DNA of 62,228 bases, the filler included, from Choristocarpus tenellus KU-1152 (taxonomy: Eukaryota > Protista > Phaeophyceae), in assembly GCA_964200185.2 (NCBI GenBank). It is 8 parts of 8 records of this genome, joined end to end, with 100 filler letters (N's around TTAATTAATTAA, not from the genome) between each part and the next. Parts side by side here need not be neighbours in the genome. Positions count along the whole stretch, not along the records: positions 39,127 to 42,927 come from CAXNAD020017848.1; positions 43,028 to 46,845 come from CAXNAD020017755.1; positions 46,946 to 59,406 come from CAXNAD020001831.1; 5 more parts are not named here. One strand, 5' to 3'. The number at the start of each line of letters is the position of its first letter. The first letter of the stretch is position 1. The notes under the pieces were generated by a model. The model was not told where the DNA came from, searched no databases, and saw only the letters and a list, made by a program, of their open reading frames with translations. Made by a program: the position numbers and the translations under genes. This document shows, one piece after another, positions 39,980 to 50,922 of the stretch.

Positions 39980-40930
39980 ATCTTAGTTGCTCATTTGTTT
40001 CCGTTCTTGTCAAGGGTCTCGAACAACACCTGTCCACCACAACACCACTATCTTACGCAGACATGTTCACGGTTGCCCCATTACCATTCCCTAATAACAC
40101 CAAATATTTTCGTGAAGCTGTATGACGCGCAACCAGGTCCCTGCGTCTTCTCCCTTCAGACTATCGTCACCCCTGACTTCACAGAGATTCACAACAACCT
40201 GGATAACAAGTTGTTCATCATCCTGCCTGGACAATACCAGAGGTTCACATCAGAATCCAACCGGCAATCCCTCACCAGGATACCTGTTTACTTCTCAAGG
40301 CAACTCAGGCTGGGAGACACATCCGATGCCATGTTCAGCTGAGGCACCACCTTCATCCTATGCGCGAGTGGGGTTGCTATCGTATGGGGGGAGGTCCACA
40401 ACGTTGACATAGTCGATTCGGGGGGATATATCTACTCTGTGTCTTACACCTACGAGAGGATGGCGAGGACTCCTTGCCCCCTGGACTGAGGTCCTGCATG
40501 ACAGAGGACGAGATTGAGTAGGGGATCAAACAACTACGGGAGAAAGACGAGAGGGATGGTGATGAAGGTGCAGCCTAGCGTGTCATCCAATGCCACCTGC
40601 AGATGGTTCGACAAGGAGAAGGATAATGAGGGATTTATCCTCCTAGAACCGTCACTGAGGATTGTGCTGGATTCGGATGAGGGAGGAACACTTAAAGCGA
40701 GGGTCAAATGCAGGGGACTGGGTTTTCGATGAGACCATCAGTCGATGCGATGGACCATGATCAGATACCCGCCCTGTCATATAGTGACAAGACGCTCCTA
40801 TACCGGCCTGGTTCTGGACGAGTCCCACTTTTCTGTAATGCAGAAGAGAGACACGGCGTCGGACTGGCAGTAATCTGTATTCGTACCCGTGCGTCACCCT
40901 TTCCTTCATTAATCCGGTACATGCTTCCAT
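39980..40930 (+). pseudogene. Degenerate ORF, probably TE-derived, with a possible Tudor-like segment
   Basis: Protein-like frame with stops and frameshifts; VWGEVHNVDIVDSGGYIYSVSY followed after a frameshift by EDGED...MTEDEI. Confidence 0.35.
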
Positions 40931-41327
40931 GGAGATGTTGTCCTTGAGATGTCGGACTTTGTTCATGTGGGAGTCCACCTTTAAATTTATTATATTCAGT
41001 TTTAAATATTTATTTTGTCGTTCATGTCCACGTGTGCTACTGCACCTTCATTTACTGGTCTGATTACTATCGATGTTTTCAATTTATGTATTCTGTATCT
41101 TTTTGTTATGCTCCTGGTATCTGCCTTTGTATGCCCAGAGATGACAAAACTTAGGCATCGGATTTCATATACACGCGCGCGCGCGTGTGTGTGTGTTATG
41201 GGAGCAGCTGTTGTTACATTATCATTGAATAAACGTTACAATGCAATGGTTTTGTCGTGTCCTGTTCTCGCATGGTCCATTTGCATGCGGCACTCCTTCG
41301 ATCCTATACTCCAAAATATGTATATGA

Positions 41328-41585
41328 TAGTGAAAGTATCTTAGAGGGCATGAATTTTGCCCTGTTTGTCTATTTGGGGCTTGGCTTCCCTCGGGGTTTT
41401 TATGACATTTTCCTACTCCAAAATACTTCGGAGTAGGTAAAATGTATACATTATGGAACGGTGTGTCCGGAACAAGGATATTGATACTTCCTAACAAACA
41501 CGATAGCCAAAATGAAATCAAAATCGCAACGTTGGATTTTGGGCCAACGTTGGACGTGACCCTACCCTCTAAGATACTTTGGCTC
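41328..41585 (+). mobile_element. MITE family A, full length
   Basis: TIR AAAGTATCTTAGAGGG / CCCTCTAAGATACTTT; TGA TSD on both sides. Confidence 0.92.
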
Positions 41586-41994
41586 TGAGATGGCGCTAAC
41601 CCTAAGCGACATTATCTGTTCCTCAATAACAACAGCCATGTAACTGCAAACAATTCATCCACGAACATGTCCCAGTGGATACAACACAGAAGTCTTCTCC
41701 TTCATGCCCTTGGATTGCTGAGGCGTTGACTGACAGATAGTCAAACTGACACGGATGGAATACCCTCCCGTACTTAATACCACGGTCCAAAACTCAAGCT
41801 GAAAGATATACAACAGATAAACCCTAATCCACACCTTGTCGAAACTAACCCAACCCTCGACTCCAAAATTCTATGTAAGGGCGACTTTTGTGACATCATC
41901 ACACGGTCCACACAGACCCAAGCTAAGGATATATCCGAAGTGCAGGATATGCCATATTTAATCAAAACAGGATCAAGCCTCCACGACTAAAGAC

Positions 41995-42080
41995 ACGCAA
42001 ATACACATTTTTTCCAACTTGTGGTCAGGTCCCAAATGGACACCCCAGTGCAGCCCCCTCCCCCACAGATACTTTGACTC
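41995..42080 (+). mobile_element. MITE family B, right part
   Basis: CCAAATGGACACCC...CCCCCACAGATACTTTGACTC matches the right end of 53985-54164. Confidence 0.75.
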
Positions 42081-42739
42081 TTTCCCTCGTTTCTGTCAAG
42101 ATCCGAAGAAGATGCATGTTTGGCAGATGCTCATCCTCGACTGTTTCCCCTTATCTCTGTAGTGATTCACAGGTCACCACTAAACGATGTTGACAGGACA
42201 TTTATGTTCTGGGTAGCAGGGGGTGTTAACAGTAAGGGTTGACTGAGTGGGTGATTATCCACCGACATCAACTGTCGGACAAGATGCTGGTCGACCACCA
42301 GGAAATCTGTGTCCACAAAGATTCCGATTATTTGTGAAGTAGAAGTTTCCCTACATCTTCTAGAATAACTTCATCGAAAGAAAGACGATCCTGGTCTTCA
42401 AATACTGGTAGAAGGTGTTCAGCTGGTTCGTTCTCTTCGGATTCTTCTACCATGAAATCTGAAAACGGTTCTCTGTTTTGCTGAACGTGTTGTGTCGTCT
42501 AGATATTGGAAATAATAATGAAGTTACTTCTATTTGATGTTGAATACTGCGATGAAGAAATCGATGTAGGGTTAGGAGATCGTACTACTGATGTTAGATT
42601 TAAGGTCATTCCTCCATGCACTTCCATCCCTTTTAATACCATGATTGCCACCATACCACAAAATACTACTACATCATCAGAAAAGGACACATTTGGGGGA
42701 GACACAACAATACAACAAGAGTGACGAAGAGGGAGTATT

Positions 42740-42905
42740 GACTCAAAGTATCTGGGGGAGGGTGGCGGCTGTCCTTTTGGGGCCAATTTTTTATGTCACG
42801 ATTTTTGGGTGATTTCGTTTCATATTTCTGATGGATAATGTAGGTGCACTTTTCCTCATTTTGACCAAATGGACACCCCGGTGTAGACCCCCCCCCCCTC
42901 CCTTC
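42740..42905 (+). mobile_element. MITE family B, right end not seen before the contig break
   Basis: GACTCAAAGTATCTGGGGGAGGGTGGCGGCTGTCC..., colinear with 53985-54164. Confidence 0.85.
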
Positions 42906-43248
42906 CTCTGTTTCTTCCTCCCGCCTTNNNNNNNNNNNNNNNNNNNNNNNNNNNNNNNNNNNNNNNNNNNNTTAATTAATTAANNNNNNNNNNNNNNNNN
43001 NNNNNNNNNNNNNNNNNNNNNNNNNNNAGGAGCATATATATATATATATATAGGGCAAAGGTGAGGGGGGGGGGCTCCAACAACAGAATGTGATGGCCGT
43101 CAGGAAACAAACGCACGCCACAGCCGCAGAAAAACAATGAAAAAAAGACCACTCACCACAAAACTCGCGCAGCACCATCTTTTAATGAGGAAAAGATAAA
43201 AATTAAAATTAAAATTAAAATTAAAAAAAACGTGCCCTCCCAACTTAC

Positions 43249-44428
43249 AGACGGGTTTATGAAGACACGATATTTTCCCAGTTTAGCATGATCTGTGGCT
43301 GGGAAAAACGAACAATCCACCTCCTTTTGTTTCGCCTTCTCCATGATTGCTTCCTTGTCGGGACCGCTCCCATATATGTCCATCTTGAAGCTGCGACCGA
43401 GTCGCTTCTTGTCATAGGCCAGGAGGTCTATCAGACGGTCGTACCCCTTGGCCCACAAACTCTTCCCCACGAAGTACGCCTCTTTCGCACGCTCCTAACA
43501 AAAAATAAAAAAATAAAACAAACACAGAGTTCAACGCAAGGAGGGGGAATGGATAATCGTTCCTAAGAAGTGGCAGGACATAAGAAAGGAAAAAAAAAAA
43601 AGTCCAACAAATTTCCGAGGTAGTGAGTAAAACTTTCCTTTTTTCGTTGTGTATGTCCCACGTTTCTCATTCGCATTTCGATCCCCCTCCCATGTTCTTA
43701 ACATTAAAACGCGCGCAAAAAAAAAAAATCTTAAGAGTCTGCTGTGCGGAACGAGCACGACTCCAGAATGCTCTACAACCCAAAGGTTCATTGGAAAGGT
43801 CAGGCACAGCATGTGCCTTGCCAAGATATTAGCAAAGGGCCTTGTCCTTCTTAGATCCCTGCATCAAAGAGAGATACATTTTTTTCAGAGGCTTTATGTA
43901 TGTATGAGGCGCACCACACCACTACAGAGACCACCCTCACAACACGAAACACACTGCACCATATATAACAGTACCAACACCTAACCCCTAACCCCTTCTT
44001 CTAATCACAAAACAATAAAAAACAAACGCCTCTTCCAAAAAATACTAGCCCTCATCCCCACGAGAGCATCGCAAGTCACATTCTACAACCATCATCAACA
44101 GGCTATATATATTATATATATATATAGTTCCCAGCGAAAAGGCAGGCTAACCCCAACCAACAGTAGATTACTGGCTCACACTCAAGGCCTATCCTAACCC
44201 ACCCGACCATCCCCAACTAATCCCGACCTTGTGGCGCCAAAGTCTTTCCACCCCCCCTCCCCCCACCGACCCACCTTGTGAGTGTATTCATCCGCCACAT
44301 CAAAAAAGACCTCTCTCACCCCGTGCACATTACAAACCATCTCCTTCTCTGGTGCAAGGTTTTGAATTACAGGGCTGAGCTTGATGATTTTGTGGCAATA
44401 AGCCCGAGCCATGACTATATTCATGTAC
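43249..44428 (-). CDS. DGD: Digalactosyldiacylglycerol synthase (GT4 family), internal exons 44275-44428 and 43249-43494
   Basis: Motifs RAYCHKIIKLS, CNVHGVR, AYFVGKSLWAKG, DIYGSGPD, DHA and VFINPS are characteristic of DGD1/DGD2; canonical GT-AG junction in phase 0. Confidence 0.93.
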
Positions 44429-46974
44429 CTTGTCCAGGCAAAGGTATGGGGGGGGGGGGGGGGGCATGAAAAAGAAGAAAAGGGGGTGGGGGGAGGCCGA
44501 GGGGATCTTGTTTAAGGAAGGCCANNNNNNNNNNTATTTTTATGACGGGTCCCGGGGGAGGGGAGGGGGGGGGGGGGGGGGGGGGGAGCATGTAAAAGCA
44601 GAAAAGTGAGTTCGGGTAAGCCAGAGAGATCATTGTTAAGTCAAGCCAAGAGATGGACATTGAATGGATCCCCATACACAGAGTGCACACACACATCTGA
44701 CCGCCCCCTTCAAGACGAAATATGTATCAAGGGTACAGTTCTGACTGTTTGATCTGAATGGTGGTTCACTATTCAATTATTTACGTATTTGGAAGGCGTA
44801 CCAAATTATACGCAATAAATCAAAAAATCTTCTCACCAGTAGATAAAAAATAATTATAAACCGTATCGAACAATGCATTCAAACAGAAAAATATACTACA
44901 ATTATCGTACCACGTATCTAGCATCTTCTGTCAAATAAAATCTACAGTGTTAAGTGCAATAGTACTATGAGATACAACATGCAAGTTAGGAGCAAAAGAA
45001 TGGTGGACGGTGAATCATACCCATGACGTGGCTGTCCCAAGTCCAAAACAAAATAGTACACGGTCACCCAGAGATAGGATGTTCTAACGTGGCCAAGTCC
45101 ATTGTTACAAACAGGAGATTCACTATGTCCCAACCAGGGTCGCACACGAACGGCATCAGACACACTAACTGCCCCACCCCAGCCCAGTGAAACACCCTAA
45201 CCCTAACCCTTCAACAATACAACCAAAAAAAGGTAAAGATTCTACACCTGGGGGCTGGCTCTCTTCCCGTCCACCTCTAAATTCGATCAGAACGCAATGC
45301 AAGGTCGGGAAAACCACTCCATCTTTCTCACCGACGGGCATCAACTGCAAACGTACGACAGCTAGTACTCCAAAACCACAACAGCTCCAATCGAATTCAC
45401 TTCACTCCACATAGGAAAGAAAGTAACCAAACACTTGGGACTGAAAAAATAAAATAAAATAAAATAAAATCTAGGCGATTCATACTCTTGATTCTTTTTC
45501 ACTACGAATAATATGAAAGATGCCACTGCTGTGGAAGTGGCGCGTCAGAGCCTACAGAACCAAAACGAGTTAGTGACAAGGTGCGACATCGCCACCCAAA
45601 ACTCACTACACATTCGCGGCTTTGGACCTTTCCGGTGAGACCCGTGGCGGCTTTCAGAGTTCTAGCCTAACGGCACCTTCCTTCCATGCCCTAGTCTAGT
45701 CACACGTCATATCCCGTGTGATGTTTCATACCCCGACAGTTCAATCGAATCTTACATTCGAAATCGTCCTAGTCGATTTTTTCATTTTACTGTAAAAATA
45801 ATTGTAACTCTACAACACCGGAAAGTACCCACCACGGACCAAACGGAAAACATCCCCCAGGAAATGCACAATAGTCCTTCCTGCAAAACAGGAAAGCCTT
45901 CCCATACACACACAACACACACAAAAAAATGTAGAGGAGAGGCAACAAAAGAGCATCTACACAAGCCACTATAAAACATACAGAACATGTGAGAGTTCGT
46001 TTTCAAAATAACATAGCAAAAACAAAAGGAGTGCGCAACTTGCACTACCCTCTTGAGGTTACATGCAAACACAAAATCTGTCCTCTCTGCCCCTAACGCA
46101 CCATCCAACAGAGATGCCAAAACTGCATGAGCAGTATGCAGGAAAATCAAGGTACATTTCTTTTCCTTTTCACTGGACGTCCATATGGGTCCCAGTGGAC
46201 GGACCTCTTCTTATGGCACCCTTCATCCAAACAAAACAGCAAGGCATTGCATGAGATCCCCTTACCTCTCTGAGGGTGAGAAGTGAGGGCAAAAGGGGTG
46301 AGGGGGGCAAGCAACAAGCATTTCAGAGCCCTTCCGGTTCAATCACACGCTCACAACAAACAGAATGCATTTTTCTTGGTGAAAAAAAGATGCGATCCAA
46401 AACGTTGTGATTACTCAAATCAATGGGGAGTCAAGTGTTACACTTTTCATAACAAACAAACATAAAAATATATTTCAAAAAGCCTCGTTGGCAACAACCC
46501 CTACATGTCGACTTCGTGCTATCCAGTGTTTTGATAGAAGCACAATCACAGGGAGGCCGCCCCCAACTAATCCATAACGTTCCCGCATTCCACCATCTAC
46601 GAAAACAGCAGTCAGGAAAGCAGTACCACCTACGCATTTACCCCTATTTTCCCCTAGCAGGACAAGCCGTTCCACAAAATATCAACAACAATCAGCTCGC
46701 ATTCCTTACTCATACCGTACTACTAAGGGAAAAAAAAAAACTACTAAAAACAGTGGCGCCTTCCAACGTTGAAAATTAAAAAAGAATATAAATTTGTTTT
46801 TTTTTTTAATATTATTAAATATAAACACCGAGCAATTTTTTCTTTNNNNNNNNNNNNNNNNNNNNNNNNNNNNNNNNNNNNNNNNNNNNTTAATTAATTA
46901 ANNNNNNNNNNNNNNNNNNNNNNNNNNNNNNNNNNNNNNNNNNNNCAAAATTAGAGAAGAAAAGGGGAGTGAGG

Positions 46975-47154
46975 GGAGGGGAGGGGTGGGGGGGGGGGGG
47001 GGGAGTTGTGAGGGGGCGTCCGTTTCGGTCAAACAGCTCTTTTTTTTGCTAACATTTCAAATCCGACGTGTGCGACCAAATTACACCAAAAAAGTGAAAA
47101 TCGAAAAGAGGGTATAAAACGGACGCCGACACCCTCCCCCAGATACTTTGACCC
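46975..47154 (-). mobile_element. MITE family B-related copy
   Basis: Ends ACCCTCCCCCAGATACTTTGACCC, the reverse complement of the family B left TIR; G-run at the other end. Confidence 0.6.
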
Positions 47155-47854
47155 AGGAGGATACTGGCCGCCTTGGTTGTGACCAAGTGCAGCCACCCAC
47201 CCACTCCTGCTTGGAGGTCTGGTCCTCTCCTTTGAAATCCCAGTTTTGATTTGTTCTCCTTGCTCGCTCCGGGGGTCCTACGGTCAATTTATGGTTTTCC
47301 CAATAGCTACCCTGGTGGAGCGCTTTGCCCTTGAAAATCTGCCATCATTGGACAGCAGAAGTCCTTAGATTATTGGAAGCTCTTGCAGGCCCTGGGAATG
47401 TTGTGTGTCTTCCTCAGGTAGGGGCACTAATTGATCTTGTGTAGGAGGAGTTCACAGAGTGTGTAAGGATGTTAGCATGTGCTTGTGTGCTTTACAGGTC
47501 CAAAAAATAGCTATCCTAAGACACCCACCAGCATGTCATTCAGGGTTTCTGGAGCATGCTTGGAAGGAGGCCGGAGGATCAGGGGCTGATGTCTATGCAT
47601 CTTGTACCTCGACCCTTGTCGATCCCTAAGGATTAGCATCGTCGATTACACTATCCTGACGTCTTCCTTGTTAGATTAAGGCTTTCTACCCACAATTTGA
47701 TTTTTGGGATTGCGTATATATATGTCGTATAATACAATTATTTATTCCATACGGCATTTATGTAACACACAAAAATCTCGTGAGGTTTTTAAATTTGGGA
47801 CAACTCACCAGTCTTGCGATCCTTCTGCTGGTTCAAGACGGGGAGGGGAACGCT

Positions 47855-50800
47855 ATGAACGTGGTTCAGGAGATCCAACGCATTAATCAGAGGGAACTGG
47901 AGCATGGTCTGACAGGAAAGTCATCATGGCACTATCAGTATCGGAACAGCGCATGGGTTTTTGTTGGGGGGTTGCCATATGACCTCACAGAAGGAGATGT
48001 CGTATGTGTCATGTCTCAGTGGGGCGAGATCGAAGACATCAATCTTGTTCGTGAGAAAGATACAGGGAAATCTAAGGTATGCTTTCTGGCCTTACGTTTC
48101 TAAGGGTATTCCTGATATGGAAGAGAGGGTATTAAGATAGATTGGGGCACTATGTGGAAATGGAGCAGTGGGTCAAGGCAGACATGAAATGCCGTCTCTT
48201 CTCGCCGTTGAAGACGCAATTTCCGCAGCAAAACTGTGCGTGGTTGATAGATTCAATATGTAAGAGTAGGGGACCAGATCTAGGCGATTATAATTTGCAC
48301 AGCCTACGACACTGGAACAATCCTGCATCGAGGAACCTCGTGCGTGACCCAGAACACATCTGGTCGTCTTTTACTAGGATTCTTCAAAACCCCATCACAT
48401 CAAAATGCGCATTTAATAGCATTCCTGTACAGAAAATATAATGGTATGGACAGCTGAGCAACAGAGATAGTTTGAGATGTTGGCAGTCGGGTGGGAGTAA
48501 CAGAACGTAGACTTTTGTTATTCCTGGCAGGGAGCCCCAAATCTGTAAGTCGATGTGAGATACATGTCCTCTCTCCAAATATTAATACTCTATTCAAAGG
48601 GACGAGTTAGGACGACAACGTCGGCTGGCATCCTGAGAGGTATCACTGAGGGAGGAAACTATCCTGTTCTCTTGTTAAGCGGAAAGGGCAGGATGAAACA
48701 ATTTAGCCACCTCCACCCTTTCACTCCTAACAATTTGAAATCCCTTGTATTCCCACTGTGGGGGGGGGGGGGGTCACTTAAAAAGTAGGGATTTTGCTTC
48801 CTCAAGTATGAGGATCAGCGGAGTACCATCTTGGCTGTGGATAACTTCAATGGTGTGAAGCTGCTAGGACGCACCCTACGTGTGGACCATAAGGACAAGT
48901 ATTCGCTGCCCAAGGAGGTGCGTACGCTCATGTACAAGCCCCCCTCTTTTTCGCTCTTTATCTTGCCTTTTATTTGTAATATGTTCCAATTATCCAGAAA
49001 GTCCCAGCATCTACACCATACCCTAGCTAGGACGGGAGACTGAAAACGAAGTTGACCCCCCATACAGTTGAAGTAACATTACTTTTCGGAAATCTTGAGA
49101 TTGGTAAATGTTGGGGCAACACTGCCTAGACATTAGCAACTAGGAAAAGAGGTCGCACTATTTCTACAACTCGGGAGGATGATATATCTAAAGCACAGCC
49201 TTTGTTGGTACATGGTGCTTGTGATTGTGCCTTTTGTTGGTCATGGGAGTGAGTGTGTGTGAGGAGGATATATGAAGGAGGTTCTATTGTGAGGACTCTA
49301 AATGAACCTTGAGGAGGGAAACATGAAGTAGACATAGGTAAGGGCAAGAACAACTTCTCTTATAATGTTTGCATGTATGTGGTTTGTCCATTCCCACAGA
49401 TGCTCTTCCATGAGAACCTTGACTGGAAAGTAACATTCTTACTCTGTATAATTTATGAATGGGAAGAAACCGCTGGAAACAAGTTGTTTTGGAAAACTGT
49501 ACGAAGTGCTCCTGATGCACACCAGTCCTTGTAAAATCGAATAATGCAGGTTATACTTACTGACCTCATGTAAACAGTTTGGGGTCCTTATCCTCGAAGT
49601 ACAATATTTTATGGAGCAGAATCTTACCTTGGGGTCAGGTGCTTGTAATTCCGTTGAAGTTGGTTGGCCTGCTGTGTTTCACAAAGATGAACTACTGATA
49701 TGCAAAAAGTTGGAACCTCTCTGTGTTGTCCCAACCTCTACTGTTTATTCACTGGCCACGAAAGTCATTTATCTCTTTCCCCTCCTGCATCAGCCATATT
49801 TCTCAGAGGCTTTTGTGTGACCCTTTACGAAACTACCCTCAACTTGATTTAGGTGATGGAGAGGGAAGAGAAGCTGGAGGAGGAGAGGGTGGCCAGGGGG
49901 GAAGCACCAACAGGGTCGGGGCCTTCTTGGAGGCCAGGCGTGGCCTATGAAGGGAAGGAACTGGCCAATGATCACAATATCCACAAGGGGGTGGATGTGT
50001 TTGCCAAGCCAAAAGAGGCAAGGAACTTGCCTGTGTAGTGAATATTTATTTGAGTATGCTGTAATGTGTTTGTGTATGTGTGTGTATGAGAGTAAGTGCA
50101 CACAAGCTGTGAGACTGAAATTTATGAGTGTTTGATAATGACGTTACTCCTGACCCCCTTGTTGTTTGTTACTACCTAGCATATACGCTGTTGATCACAT
50201 GATGTAAACAACTCTTTTGGGGAAAACTCCCCTCCTCCCTCCTTAATGTATATCCTCCTCTTCCCCCTTATATCGCTGTGGGTGACTAGTCCCAACAGGA
50301 CTCTGACTCCAGTGAGGATGATGGTAGTCAGGGGGTGGGCGCGAGAAATGGGGGAAACAATGGTAACATTTCTGAGAAACGAAGAGGAGGTGATGAGAGA
50401 AGGGAAGGAATGGATGCCAAGAAGGCCAGGAAAGAGGCAAGAAATGCCAAGAAAGAGGCAAAAAAGGCCAAAAAGAAGGCCAAGGAGCAGAAGAAAGACA
50501 AAAAGAAACATCAAGGCGACAAAGGCGATAGTGGAGATGTTGGAGGAGGTCGTGATGTCAGCCAGGAGGCGCAGCGTTATGAAAGCAGGGAAGGACGTCA
50601 GTTAGCAGGGGCAGATGCAGATGGTCTGTGGGAGCGTGGGGTGGCTGCAGGAGGTAGAACTGTAGGGAATGGCATGGGAATCCCCCTTGGTGTGTTTGCC
50701 CCTGAGAGAACAGGTCTGCCTCCTACCCCTTCCTTTCCAACTTCTGGTGTGATGGACTGGAGAGGGGCTGCAGCCCAGGGTGGGGGACGAGGCGGGGACA

Positions 50801-50922
50801 GAGGGCAAGGGCAAGGGTGGGGACGAGGGCGCGGTCGTTTGCCGGAGGCAGGAGCTGGCAGGGGGAGGGGTAGAGGTGCTGGGGATGTGAATTCGTTTGG
50901 AGGCATGGATCGTCGTCGCTGA
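47855..50922 (+). CDS. RBMX2: RNA-binding motif protein X-linked 2 (Ist3/Snu17, RES complex); exons 47855-48076, 48789-48917, 49853-50017, 50299-50922; about 379 aa
   Basis: [16 protein letters not shown]...[49 protein letters not shown]|[34 protein letters not shown] is the RBMX2 RRM. K-rich and RG-rich tail. All junctions phase 0; the third donor is probably GC. Confidence 0.95.

Noticed and set aside
40514-40732. CRWFDKEKDNEGFI as a cold-shock domain
   Set aside because: No RNP-2 (VFVH) motif follows, and the region is degenerate
45195-45210. CCCTAACCCTAACCC as a telomerase RNA template near the structured region
   Set aside because: It is one of many similar interstitial tracts, about 300 nt away and on the strand opposite the favoured fold
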